Virus record (IMG/VR): IMGVR_UViG_3300002062_000002
Length of the DNA stretch: 64,000 nucleotides
From: a virus
Reading direction: 5' to 3' (one strand)
Part shown: in pieces, positions 19,711 through 28,849 of the stretch
Layout: every line of letters begins with the position of its first letter
How positions within the stretch are numbered: position 1 is the first letter of the stretch
Notes under the pieces: generated by a model
Seen by the model: the letters and a program-made list of their open reading frames with translations, nothing else
Told to the model about the DNA's origin: nothing
Database searches by the model: none
Program-made: the position numbers and the translations under genes

Positions 19711-21858
19711 CTCAGGTAATAGATCAGAAGGCAGTTTTGAATTAGTATCGTTCTTAGCGTAGATTCCGACGGATTCCAACACCAATAAGAACGGTTCTAA
19801 TAATGTAATGCATACCTTTCTAATGTCTTTGGCCAGTAATAGCTCGGGGGGTAATCCACACCTATCTACAATCTCTAAAGGTAGAAGTGCAACCTTGTAA
19901 TTACTTTTACCCTTACCGGCCAACCACTCTTTCATTCTAAACTGTATGTCCTTATCCTCTATTTTATCCAGCCACACACGCATTAATGTCGGGTTATGGA
20001 TATCTAACGATAACTTTACTGCTTGGTACGGTGGAGCTGGGGCGTCCCCGTACTTTTGCGCAAAGACAGATTGCCACATTTCATAATGCACATACGGCGA
20101 TGACTCTGGATTTTTATACGACTCTTTTCCCTTAACGGAGGAGAGTTGTAAATATGCCATATCGCCACCGTAAAGGGAATCTGTTATATCGTTTTCAATA
20201 GTAACAACATAGTTAACTAAATCAACCATGGATAGTTGTTCGCCGGCCATTACCGTATTCATTATTCCTTCTGTAAAAGACCTAAAGCGCTTCATTATGT
20301 GACTGGGTATCTTGGAGTTCTTAAGTGATACACCTTTGTATTCAGCTTCTAATGTGTCATACATTGTTCCTTCGCATGCAGAGATATAGCTATAATAATG
20401 TTTTGCTTTTGTGGTAAGTGCCAGTACGGGGAAGAAGAATTCATTTTTCATAACGAGATGACCTCTCCGTTCCGGTACAATACCCATGTTTGCTGTAAGT
20501 TGTGACATTACATGTGCGGTAGTTTGTGATGTCAGGTAAATCAACACTCCCGCTAACGCGTTCGACTCCTCGTTAAATACTAACTCGTCATCGTTATACC
20601 ACTTCACCCAATCTTGTACCGTAAAGATAGTAGAGTCTGTGTCAGAGACAATAACAGATTCTCTAATTGAACTTTTAAAGTGGGCCATTGAAGGGGGTAA
20701 ATGATCCGTACACCAAAAGGCGCGTATTAGTAAGTCAAATTTACTAATGGTGGTGTATATTACCTTGGCGTGTGCACCTAGGATGCGGTATCCATCCGGG
20801 TTCTTTTCGCGTATATCCCATTGAGTAAATCCACGTAACTCGCTTGCACATACCATACCCAAAAGCGCTTTACTGTCACCGCACATTTTCCCCATCCACT
20901 CATCTGACTCCTCCATTGATAGGGGAGTCGTAGCCTTTGTAGTTAGTGTGGATAGAAACCCTCGCACTACCCTATCATTTAAATGAGCCAGGCTATGCAT
21001 GTCTTGACTATATAGATAGGCGGCTCGTTGAATGGGTGTTAACTTTTCTATTAATGACGTTAACCGTACCGTTAATGGTTTACTCTTCCAATATTTCGAA
21101 CACGATCGAGTAACGACGGCCAGCATGTCCTCTGCCGTGGGGTACACTAACCCATACGCATCCATGGCCTGTTGTATTAACTCGTAATCGGAGTTATTTA
21201 TAATAGACAGTATATTATCTAATGCAATGTCTGCGTTTCTATAGTGTCGATTGCCCGATAAAAAACGTTCTACGTTGCCATTAGAATATGATGTCGCCGA
21301 GCGGCACGTAGAGGTTAACGTGGGGTGAGATGATTTTAGGTATAGGGGGTTATGTGGACTTGACCCCGCGCCCGAAACCGAGTTGTTTTTTATCTTAAAC
21401 GTAGACTGGAGTATTTGCTTCAGTCGTGCCAGCGATGTACGGCCCTCCGCTTTATCCCGCTGGCCTTCCTTCTTTACCTTACTGCGCTTTTTTACGTTTC
21501 CAATGACGTATTCGCTGAGCAAACTTTTAAGTTTGCGGGGCGATGTGTAGCAGGTAAGGGTGGGGGCAATGGCCAAACTGGTATTCTGTGCATGTTGTAG
21601 GAAAGCATTGAATGTAGTAACCGCCTTATATCTACCTTTCTTCTTACATCGGTCTAGTGTTTTTGTGGCGGGATCGGTGACACCTAACTCCCCATCGAAT
21701 GTTGTTTTTTCAATTACCCACTTTAGCGCGTCTTCGTACGGAACGCCTTCTTCAATGGAAATATATTTGGCGGCGTCTTGTTGGGCAGTACTAATAATAT
21801 TTAAATCCCGCGTGTACTCATCGTCATTTTTTATAAACGGACTCTTATCTGCAATCAT
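19684..21858 (-). CDS. Family B DNA polymerase, polymerase domain (phiKZ gp50-like)
   Basis: VIVSDTDSTIF, KIKNNSVSG, KNEFFFP, KAKHY, YKGVSLK; no exonuclease domain, as in split phiKZ-type polymerases. Confidence 0.93.
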   Translation of the reverse strand: MIADKSPFIKNDDEYTRDLNIISTAQQDAAKYISIEEGVPYEDALKWVIEKTTFDGELGVTDPATKTLDRCKKKGRYKAVTTFNAFLQHAQNTSLAIAPTLTCYTSPRKLKSLLSEYVIGNVKKRSKVKKEGQRDKAEGRTSLARLKQILQSTFKIKNNSVSGAGSSPHNPLYLKSSHPTLTSTCRSATSYSNGNVERFLSGNRHYRNADIALDNILSIINNSDYELIQQAMDAYGLVYPTAEDMLAVVTRSCSKYWKSKPLTVRLTSLIEKLTPIQRAAYLYSQDMHSLAHLNDRVVRGFLSTLTTKATTPLSMEESDEWMGKMCGDSKALLGMVCASELRGFTQWDIREKNPDGYRILGAHAKVIYTTISKFDLLIRAFWCTDHLPPSMAHFKSSIRESVIVSDTDSTIFTVQDWVKWYNDDELVFNEESNALAGVLIYLTSQTTAHVMSQLTANMGIVPERRGHLVMKNEFFFPVLALTTKAKHYYSYISACEGTMYDTLEAEYKGVSLKNSKIPSHIMKRFRSFTEGIMNTVMAGEQLSMVDLVNYVVTIENDITDSLYGGDMAYLQLSSVKGKESYKNPESSPYVHYEMWQSVFAQKYGDAPAPPYQAVKLSLDIHNPTLMRVWLDKIEDKDIQFRMKEWLAGKGKSNYKVALLPLEIVDRCGLPPELLLAKDIRKVCITLLEPFLLVLESVGIYAKNDTNSKLPSDLLPELAIIASDI

Positions 21859-21907
21859 GATATTTCCTTAATTTCTTAGTTTCATATAACTAGCTTATCG
21901 TTTTTTT

Positions 21908-22213
21908 TTACTCTATCTTAACTAACGTTCCCGGGGCGATCCAAGGTTCCCCTATTGTATAAAACGTACCGTTGTTAAACTTTACTACTACAAAGGGGTA
22001 CGCGTCGGCATTGTCGGGAACCGTACCGGGGTCAAGTAGCGGATACACGTTACGGTGTGTTATGTACGGATCGGCAAATAAACGTGCATTGTCGGCCGAC
22101 AGCAACCCAACTAATATTACGTCTGTAAAATCTACCGGTATAACGCTGGTAAGGTTGTTCTTTAACTGAAAACTAATTTGATCGTTAATGTTTATTCCTG
22201 GAAATAGTTCCAT
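21908..22213 (-). CDS. Small beta-rich conserved protein
   Basis: 101 aa; HRNVYPLL, IGEPWI; upstream of DNA polymerase. Confidence 0.6.
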   Translation of the reverse strand: MELFPGININDQISFQLKNNLTSVIPVDFTDVILVGLLSADNARLFADPYITHRNVYPLLDPGTVPDNADAYPFVVVKFNNGTFYTIGEPWIAPGTLVKIE

Positions 22214-22512
22214 TATACTTCTACCCTCATTACTAATGATTGACCTTCATCGGTCGGTTCAATGTTAACTATTTTAAATGGATCAATTGAAAGTCCCATC
22301 CGTTGACATGTTTTAACGGCACTTTCAATTAATACCAATACCGCTTCACCGGACTGGTGCAAATCCGAACCCTGCTGACTACGAATGACGTGCTGTATAA
22401 AATGCCAATCGCACGGATAGTCCTCTAGCCCCAACACATACAATAAATCCGATATCAATGCATTTGGGTTATGTGGGCGTATAATCATTATATATTTAGA
22501 GTCCATCTCCAC
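22213..22512 (-). CDS. Hypothetical protein (small-gene array)
   Basis: 99-aa ORF overlapping neighbours. Confidence 0.6.
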   Translation of the reverse strand: MEMDSKYIMIIRPHNPNALISDLLYVLGLEDYPCDWHFIQHVIRSQQGSDLHQSGEAVLVLIESAVKTCQRMGLSIDPFKIVNIEPTDEGQSLVMRVEV

Positions 22513-22997
22513 GCCTCCGCAATAACCGTGTTATCGTCCTGCAATTCCCCATAGGCCAAGATTACCCTATCTGAAGGGGTCATTGGATACTGCACTACAA
22601 TATCCCGTCTAAGTATATCCCACATCTCACAAAAGGCATCGGCAACATAGGAAAGGTGGTGTATAAATACACTGGGGACATCAATATCAATGGGCGTCTC
22701 TGGGTACGTCATGCTGTCCGATACCATAGCTAACTCATCGTGTAAAACATCACTAAAGTCATCACCGTACTCACTGTCCCAGTGATACGTACATTTACAT
22801 AATATTGCCAATATCACCTCCAATGGAACCGTGTACGTGTCCGTGTCACGCATAATAACAAGTATGCGTGACACAATGTCTCTAGTGGGTAATGCTACCT
22901 GCCCTAAGAATTGTGTGTGGGCGCTTTCTATGGATGGCTGTGTGATATTAGTCATGACTACTACCGACTTTAAACACAAGCCCCCCATCCCGTTCAT
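22488..22997 (-). CDS. Acidic hypothetical protein (small-gene array)
   Basis: Likely start MTNITQ; Asp/Glu-rich. Confidence 0.62.
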   Translation of the reverse strand: MNGMGGLCLKSVVVMTNITQPSIESAHTQFLGQVALPTRDIVSRILVIMRDTDTYTVPLEVILAILCKCTYHWDSEYGDDFSDVLHDELAMVSDSMTYPETPIDIDVPSVFIHHLSYVADAFCEMWDILRRDIVVQYPMTPSDRVILAYGELQDDNTVIAEAWRWTLNI

Positions 22998-23370
22998 GTA
23001 AGTATTCCAAACGATCTACGTTTTGCAATACCGATTGTTTAAACGCCACCTTTACTAATCGGGTAACTACGCTAGCTATAAGGTTACTTAATTGCCCATA
23101 CTCTTCGTCTTCCTCTACGTTCATATACTCAACGGCCTCCATGGCCAGTAGGTCTATTTCAGATTCGTCTATTCTAGAATTAGTTAACTGCAATAGGATA
23201 GTGGATACCACTGCCATTAACTCGTCGGTTAAGTAACTTGCCCCTGAGATAGACTGGGTGTAATTTGAAATGTCTAAGCACGTATGTTGTATATCTCGCT
23301 TTATCTTGCTGCCATCAACTATGTATATTTCTTCTATTTGCATGTGATTATTCCTGTTAATTTTGTTCAT
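22948..23370 (-). CDS. Acidic hypothetical protein (small-gene array)
   Basis: Likely start MQIEE at 23343 with SD AGGA. Confidence 0.62.
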   Translation of the reverse strand: MNKINRNNHMQIEEIYIVDGSKIKRDIQHTCLDISNYTQSISGASYLTDELMAVVSTILLQLTNSRIDESEIDLLAMEAVEYMNVEEDEEYGQLSNLIASVVTRLVKVAFKQSVLQNVDRLEYLHERDGGLVFKVGSSHD

Positions 23371-23371
23371 T

Positions 23372-23402
23372 CGGCATACTAGAGTTAGGGGGATACCCTA
23401 AC
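23372..23402 (-). terminator. Hairpin + TATGCCG element
   Basis: GTTAGGG-N5-CCCTAAC then TCTAGTATGCCG on minus, at the stop of 23398..23886. Confidence 0.6.
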
Positions 23403-23886
23403 CCATTGCACGATTTAAGATGTCTGGGACGTGTGCCTGATTACCTAAATCCGCTTTAGGCATTAGTCGATAATCTCCCATGTCTACTACCAATAACTCA
23501 TACTGTATATTGCCATCGTGTAGGCGATCAATAAATCTAGCACTATAATGATGGTTATCCCGCAGTGGTCCAAAGGCTTGTTGTAGCGCACTAACTAACT
23601 CTGTGCGCATCGTGTTTTTTGCCAGGGTGAGGACGTCAGTCGGAAACCCCACGTCACCCATTTGATAGATATGTTCATCTTCAAGTGTGACTGTAGATGC
23701 ATATGAGAGTATATTATCTAACTCCACCAATATCCAATCTCGCCAATCATATAGATCTAAAAACATACTGTTTCGAATGGAGTGGATACATAAAACCGTT
23801 TTTGTTTTTCTAATGGCCCCACCCACATCAATTAGCGCTTTTATCTTCATGACTTTACCTACATATCCAATGTGCAAGCACGACAT
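23398..23886 (-). CDS. Hypothetical protein with MGDY motif (small-gene array)
   Basis: C-terminal ELLVVDMGDYRL, echoed in the next gene. Confidence 0.65.
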   Translation of the reverse strand: MSCLHIGYVGKVMKIKALIDVGGAIRKTKTVLCIHSIRNSMFLDLYDWRDWILVELDNILSYASTVTLEDEHIYQMGDVGFPTDVLTLAKNTMRTELVSALQQAFGPLRDNHHYSARFIDRLHDGNIQYELLVVDMGDYRLMPKADLGNQAHVPDILNRAMG

Positions 23887-24355
23887 CCTCAGTCGGAAGT
23901 GCCTCGATTGATTTTAAATATTCATATAGCATTTCAGTGTAATCCCCCATCTTACGAATAATTAAAGCGTCGTATCTAACCGATACTTCCCATATGCCAA
24001 AGGGGTGGCGTTTAAAGACGGTCACCATAAGCATCTCAAACCAATCAGTTAACCAACTTGTGTGCCCCACCCACTCAATATCGGGGCGTAGACTTGCTAA
24101 ATACTCAATGCCTGCTACGCTAATTGGCCCGTTTAATTTAGAATTCATTGCAATGGCATCAGAACACGATAAATCAATAAACACTGTAATCTCGGCATCG
24201 GTTAATTCCACATACCCTTCTGCGTGTAGCATTAATCTAGTTTCACGAAGAAGGCTTTCTATGGGTAATATGATATTTCCATTTTGCTGGAATTCTGCCG
24301 CATCTCTAGCTTCTTTGTAGGCTGGATATTTTGGTGGTCTAATGTAGTCCGTCAT
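23855..24355 (-). CDS. Hypothetical protein with MGDY motif (small-gene array)
   Basis: C-terminal ALIIRKMGDYTE. Confidence 0.65.
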   Translation of the reverse strand: MTDYIRPPKYPAYKEARDAAEFQQNGNIILPIESLLRETRLMLHAEGYVELTDAEITVFIDLSCSDAIAMNSKLNGPISVAGIEYLASLRPDIEWVGHTSWLTDWFEMLMVTVFKRHPFGIWEVSVRYDALIIRKMGDYTEMLYEYLKSIEALPTEDVVLAHWICR

Positions 24356-24366
24356 GTGGATCGTCC

Positions 24367-24792
24367 TTACGATATAAGTATTAGTGTATTATCATTAAAC
24401 TTTATTTTAAATGCAGCATTCACATTTAATGTATTGTTAACCAGTGCCATTGCCTTAAAGCATAGCCTATCCAGCGTAAACTCTACCATGGGAGGTGGGC
24501 TATATACATACCGAAATAAATCGGATGGTAACGTGGCCAATGCACGATCGTTATCTGAGTAGAAATCCGCTACCTCCAATCGATTTAAAGAAACATCATT
24601 CATCCGGTCCACTATGAATATAGACGTAAGTAAATCTCTATGTGTCTGACACTCGGGATATTCTAAAAGAACATCATCAATGTATTGTTTTGATGCCCTA
24701 AGTTCTCTAGATATATCCATTATTATTTTTACACCTAACGATTTATCCATAGGCTTTCCCGTGGACGACCGGGTGAATTGATTACTATACAT
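24367..24792 (-). CDS. Hypothetical protein, first gene of the small-gene array
   Basis: SD AGGGG before ATG; promoter motifs at 24825-24851 and ~24950-24980. Confidence 0.62.
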   Translation of the reverse strand: MYSNQFTRSSTGKPMDKSLGVKIIMDISRELRASKQYIDDVLLEYPECQTHRDLLTSIFIVDRMNDVSLNRLEVADFYSDNDRALATLPSDLFRYVYSPPPMVEFTLDRLCFKAMALVNNTLNVNAAFKIKFNDNTLILIS

Positions 24793-24983
24793 GTGTACCC
24801 CTGTTAATGTTCAATGGCAGCTCCCTATATAATAGTAGAGTTGCGTAAAAAGTCCCCTATGCAATTTTAAGTGAGTAGATGATAGATTACATACCTTACC
24901 ATCAAACGTCCTCATATGGCCAATGTAGAGGGTTTTATACTAGGTGGTGTACAAATATAATATATGTCTGTATTTTTTTAATG

Positions 24984-25009
24984 CGGCATAGGCCGGGGGC
25001 GAACCCCCG
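24984..25009 (-). terminator. Hairpin + TATGCCG element closing the phuZ/ncRNA unit
   Basis: Minus strand CGGGGG-TTCG-CCCCCG then GCCTATGCCG. Confidence 0.65.
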
Positions 25010-25029
25010 TAAGTATTAAACTAACCTAC

Positions 25030-25320
25030 CGCAGTGTTTCATAGGAATCTGCTTTCCTTCTTTGTTTCAAGTAATACTTACACGATACCTATTTGGGACA
25101 CGCCCCAGGCTGGGCATTATATTCACTTGAAAGTAGGCCATCTGGCCTTTGCATTCCATTGCAATGGAATTTAGGTGACTTCCGGTTCCCTTAGATGTAT
25201 GGGCGGGAAAACGCCAAATATATAATGGGCTCTTAGTTGAACCCCCGACTGCATACATCACTACGATCGCGTAAAATTGAAGGAGGAATTCGCGGGGGAA
25301 CCGGAAGTCGTAACGCTTTT
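25030..25320 (-). ncRNA. Candidate structured ncRNA (~300 nt), family not recognised
   Basis: Nested stems of 14, 8 and 12 bp plus several hairpins; upstream promoter-like motif and downstream terminator; no credible ORF. Confidence 0.6.
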
Positions 25321-25379
25321 AAAGGATCGTTAACAAAATACCTTTTCTACATACTATATATAAAAACGTGTAAAAAAAG

Positions 25380-26375
25380 TTAGAGCACTAAACCGCCAAC
25401 GGCTGTGGATTTTCTATCGTCATCGGTAAGTACATGAGACGTATTGACGCGACGAGACTCCGTTGACTTCTTATACGCGGCCACTTCATCCTCTCGCAGT
25501 TTCATTAACTCTCGAATACCGTCTACCGAGATAATGTAATGAAGCTCTTCCGCCAGTTCACCAAAACCTTCTGCTCTGTATCCAATACAAGAATACTCGG
25601 GTAGGATGGCGGGTGGCGTTGCATCCTTATCCACTAAGATACTTGCAACCGAAATGGGGTGCTTAATGTCCATCGCCGCTTCTGTATTGTTACACACTTC
25701 CAACAATGACAATTGTGCATCTACCGTAGTGGAGTGATTATAAAATACCCAATTTGCCACATCGCGCTGATCAAGTTCATCATTTGACTCTGAGCACAAT
25801 GCAGCAAGTGTATGAATTGTAGCGTTACATACTTTGTCTACGGTGCTGCGCACGGTATTTTTTGAGTTGTGGTGATAGTTAATTACTACGGGTTTACCGC
25901 ACCCTTCACCAATAGATGCCAATGAACGCAATGTGTTAATGGTATTAATCGCTGTGATATTAGATTCAGACGACCCCACAATAACGGCGACGCATGGAAT
26001 GTCTTGCGCTAAAAGTTCACCCATAAGCAACGGTCCAATTACAGACCCTGATCCGCCGGCCGCAGAAAAGACCACTACATTAAAATCGGCGGGTTTTTCA
26101 GACATTAAAATATCACGTAGGTTCTCAGATATTTCACTCGCATTATCGCGACGCACCTTACCCGACCCTTCTTTCTTTGTCGTGGCTAGATTAAGTGCTA
26201 CGCCGGTGGATTCTTGTACGGTCCCGTAGTTAGACTTAGACGTGTCTATAAAGCTAACGTTGGCCTGGGCATAGCCTGGAGATAGTTCTGTTTCTGCAAA
26301 CGGCGTGGCTAAATTGATACCGCAGCCACCGCAGCCATATATGCGAATTTCAGATCGTGTGTGTTCGTTAGTCAT
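25380..26375 (-). CDS. phuZ: PhuZ phage tubulin
   Basis: YGCGGCGIN, FIDTS, GSGKVR, SAAGGSGS tubulin signature, DQRD T7 loop. Confidence 0.96.
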   Translation of the reverse strand: MTNEHTRSEIRIYGCGGCGINLATPFAETELSPGYAQANVSFIDTSKSNYGTVQESTGVALNLATTKKEGSGKVRRDNASEISENLRDILMSEKPADFNVVVFSAAGGSGSVIGPLLMGELLAQDIPCVAVIVGSSESNITAINTINTLRSLASIGEGCGKPVVINYHHNSKNTVRSTVDKVCNATIHTLAALCSESNDELDQRDVANWVFYNHSTTVDAQLSLLEVCNNTEAAMDIKHPISVASILVDKDATPPAILPEYSCIGYRAEGFGELAEELHYIISVDGIRELMKLREDEVAAYKKSTESRRVNTSHVLTDDDRKSTAVGGLVL

Positions 26376-26399
26376 TGGTACTTTCCTTCTTTTAATGGA

Positions 26400-27080
26400 T
26401 TATTCGGGTTGGGTTTTTTGGTAATGTGCGTAGTCTACTTTTACGTAGCTACCGTCTTTGTAAAGTGGGTATCTAAAGTGTTTACTTATAATTAAATCAT
26501 CCCTGCCTGTTTCCTTAATGGCCGTAGCAATCTTTTCATTCCACCATTCACCGGGACGAATGCAGGCGTGTGCGTTTCTACCGTCTGGTAATAATGTAAA
26601 TGCTGGGCCAAGGTGAATGGTTACATGCAGTACACTACCGGACAGGTAAATAAGTTCCTTTAGGAACCACGGTATATCGGTAGGTGGTATATGCTCAAGT
26701 ACATCGGTACACACCACAATATCACTTTGTTTATACGGGTACATACTCAGTTTTTCAATGCCAGGATCATACATGGATACGTCTAACCGACCTAAGTATC
26801 CATGTATGGACCTAAAGGGCTTATCCTCATCGGTATGTGTAGGGGGAGTATATGGGGTGTTAAAAAAGGCTTTGGGATTACCACAACCATAGTTTAATAG
26901 TGTTTCACATTGATGGTCATGTATAAGCCTTTTAATGGTTGGTGCTTCTTTGGCATATTCCCCATTTGAAAATACTGGCCCCTTAACCTTATCTTTTTTT
27001 CTTGTATCATGTAGTATCTTGTATTGGGTTAGTAATGAGGTGTATTCTTTACTAGGATTGCTTCTAGAATATAGTGTCAT
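26400..27080 (-). CDS. Class I SAM-dependent methyltransferase-like protein
   Basis: LLNYGCG (motif I, Asp replaced by Asn), YDPG, DIVVCTDVLEHIP, DGRNAH...WW. Confidence 0.8.
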   Translation of the reverse strand: MTLYSRSNPSKEYTSLLTQYKILHDTRKKDKVKGPVFSNGEYAKEAPTIKRLIHDHQCETLLNYGCGNPKAFFNTPYTPPTHTDEDKPFRSIHGYLGRLDVSMYDPGIEKLSMYPYKQSDIVVCTDVLEHIPPTDIPWFLKELIYLSGSVLHVTIHLGPAFTLLPDGRNAHACIRPGEWWNEKIATAIKETGRDDLIISKHFRYPLYKDGSYVKVDYAHYQKTQPE

Positions 27081-27212
27081 GCTATTACCTGTTAATTATT
27101 AGGTATGTGGGGTATCAATTCTATATTAATAACTGGTGATGTAAAAAAACTTTGAGTGGTCAATCTAGAGCGTATCGCCATTTACTATGACTGACACTAA
27201 ATAGCCGTTATA

Positions 27213-28034
27213 TTGGAGTACGCCATGAGCGCAGTAGAAAAAGCCATTGATGAAATTCGGTTAGCCATACCGTATGAAATATTGAATGAAGCATTTAAGA
27301 TAGATATGGGGTATGTATCGGGTAGAACTTCAGGCATTCAAACATCCCTTTCCTCCCGCATACGAGAAGACGTTATTAATAAGAAGGTATTAGTAGATTG
27401 TAATTTAATGGGCGGTAAAGAGGTAGTTGTGCCCTTAGATTCTCTTCCTAAGAAGACCTTAGAAGATAATACCTACGTCATTAAGATACCCTTAAAATTA
27501 ACAGGAGGTTTAGCTATCACCTCCACGTTGAGTGTTGCACATATAACATCGGGGCTACGGGGGCTATCTGGGGTAAATAACACCACAACGCCAGTGGACG
27601 GAGCATTTAGTAATCTAGCTAATGCTGACAGACCTTCACAGTTGACTATACCAAATTCTAAAGTAAGTTTAATAGGTGACAATACCGTGTATATACGCTT
27701 ACCGGATATTGCCGTAGGTGATCTATTTCTTCGCTGTAGGGTTAGTAACGATCCGGATATGGCCACACTACCCCCTACCAGTTGGTTGGGATTTTCCAAA
27801 CTATCAATTCTTGCAACTAAAGCTTACATTTATAATAAGTTGATTATACGTATTGATGAGGGACAGCTACAAGGCGGGTTAAACTTGGGGGCATTTAAGC
27901 AGATGGTGGATAACTATTCAGATGCATTAACGTTGTATAACGAGTACCTATCCGGGGAATGGGTGCGTGTCATGGCGCTAGGCGATGAGGTGCGTCATTC
28001 TCGCGCCATTAACTTCCAATTTGGCATGATTTAA
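27213..28034 (+). CDS. Conserved virion structural protein (probably phiKZ gp32-like)
   Basis: AIDEIRLAIPYEIL..AF, DCNLMGG, ATKAYIYN, YNEYL..EW; likely start 27225. Confidence 0.68.
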   Translation: MEYAMSAVEKAIDEIRLAIPYEILNEAFKIDMGYVSGRTSGIQTSLSSRIREDVINKKVLVDCNLMGGKEVVVPLDSLPKKTLEDNTYVIKIPLKLTGGLAITSTLSVAHITSGLRGLSGVNNTTTPVDGAFSNLANADRPSQLTIPNSKVSLIGDNTVYIRLPDIAVGDLFLRCRVSNDPDMATLPPTSWLGFSKLSILATKAYIYNKLIIRIDEGQLQGGLNLGAFKQMVDNYSDALTLYNEYLSGEWVRVMALGDEVRHSRAINFQFGMI

Positions 28035-28040
28035 GCACAT

Positions 28041-28077
28041 CGGCATAAGGGGGAAATGCGGACAATCCACATTTCCC
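28041..28077. terminator. Hairpin + TTATGCCG between convergent genes
   Basis: GGGAAATG..GGA-CAA-TCC..CATTTCCC stem; CGGCATAA at 28041-28048. Confidence 0.65.
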
Positions 28078-28085
28078 ACGTGCAC

Positions 28086-28478
28086 TTATTGTTTTATTGC
28101 CCGGTATCGAAAAAATAGCTTAAACATTAAAACCAGTTTACCATAAAGATTTTTTTCTCTGTACAGTCGTAGTAGTCTTTTATAGCTAGTTTCGCACCGG
28201 GTTTTTATTTCCAATTGTTGTAACGCCCAATCCTTTTCCATGTTATCGTCAATATTGTTTTTGACATCCAGATAAAACTCTAACGTCCGCAATTTAAATT
28301 CCATTAACAATATCTGTTCGCCCCATTGGGAGCGAGATAGTTTATTGTACTCTAAAAACAGCCGTTCTATGCAAAGCTTATCTGTGTGGTCCAGGTCTTT
28401 TTTATTTTTTCCCATTGTCTGTACTCCTACCACACATACGATAATGTCGAGTAGTAGCGTAAAAAATAACACACCCAT
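28086..28478 (-). CDS. Hypothetical protein with N-terminal membrane anchor
   Basis: MGVLFFTLLLDIIVCVVGVQ followed by a helical region. Confidence 0.55.
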   Translation of the reverse strand: MGVLFFTLLLDIIVCVVGVQTMGKNKKDLDHTDKLCIERLFLEYNKLSRSQWGEQILLMEFKLRTLEFYLDVKNNIDDNMEKDWALQQLEIKTRCETSYKRLLRLYREKNLYGKLVLMFKLFFRYRAIKQ

Positions 28479-28496
28479 TACTTATTATATAACTAA

Positions 28497-28516
28497 CACT
28501 GTATATTACTGGATGA
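28497..28516 (+). promoter_or_regulatory. Early promoter motif variant before the 28524-30784 operon
   Basis: ACACTGTATATTACTGGATG resembles the ACACATATATTATCTAAGTG motif. Confidence 0.5.
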
Positions 28517-28523
28517 GGGATTT

Positions 28524-28829
28524 ATGAATACTAAACTTGAAGAACTAGAAGCGCGTGTCGATGAGCTGGAAAAAACAGTAAAATCTATATCTAACAACTT
28601 ACTACACGTAAGGGAATTGGTACAGGAATCACTACATCTTACCGAGTCTACATCCGCTATTGTAGTTGAGCACGTCACATCACTGGATGCCAGAATGGGC
28701 TCGGTTGCCGGTATTATGGCAGAAAAAATACACGCCGATTTAGACAGTCTAAAAAAGAAAGATCTTGTTGACAACGCAGGCACCGACGATAGCATAGAAG
28801 CAGTGGATTCCGTGGCGGGTTACGTATAA
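28524..28829 (+). CDS. Small coiled-coil protein
   Basis: LEELEARVDELEKTVKSISNNL heptads; SD GAGG. Confidence 0.7.
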   Translation: MNTKLEELEARVDELEKTVKSISNNLLHVRELVQESLHLTESTSAIVVEHVTSLDARMGSVAGIMAEKIHADLDSLKKKDLVDNAGTDDSIEAVDSVAGYV

Positions 28830-28849
28830 GTCTGAAGAGGAAAGAGACA

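Noticed and set aside
19684-21858. DNA polymerase without an exonuclease domain
   Set aside because: Split family-B polymerases are known in phiKZ-like phages.
25225-25250. GGTTCAAC T-loop-like sequence suggesting a tRNA
   Set aside because: No cloverleaf, acceptor stem or CCA can be built around it.
25067-25261. 64-aa ORF inside the structured region
   Set aside because: No SD or recognisable motif; the pairing is better explained as RNA or DNA structure. Ribosome profiling would settle it.
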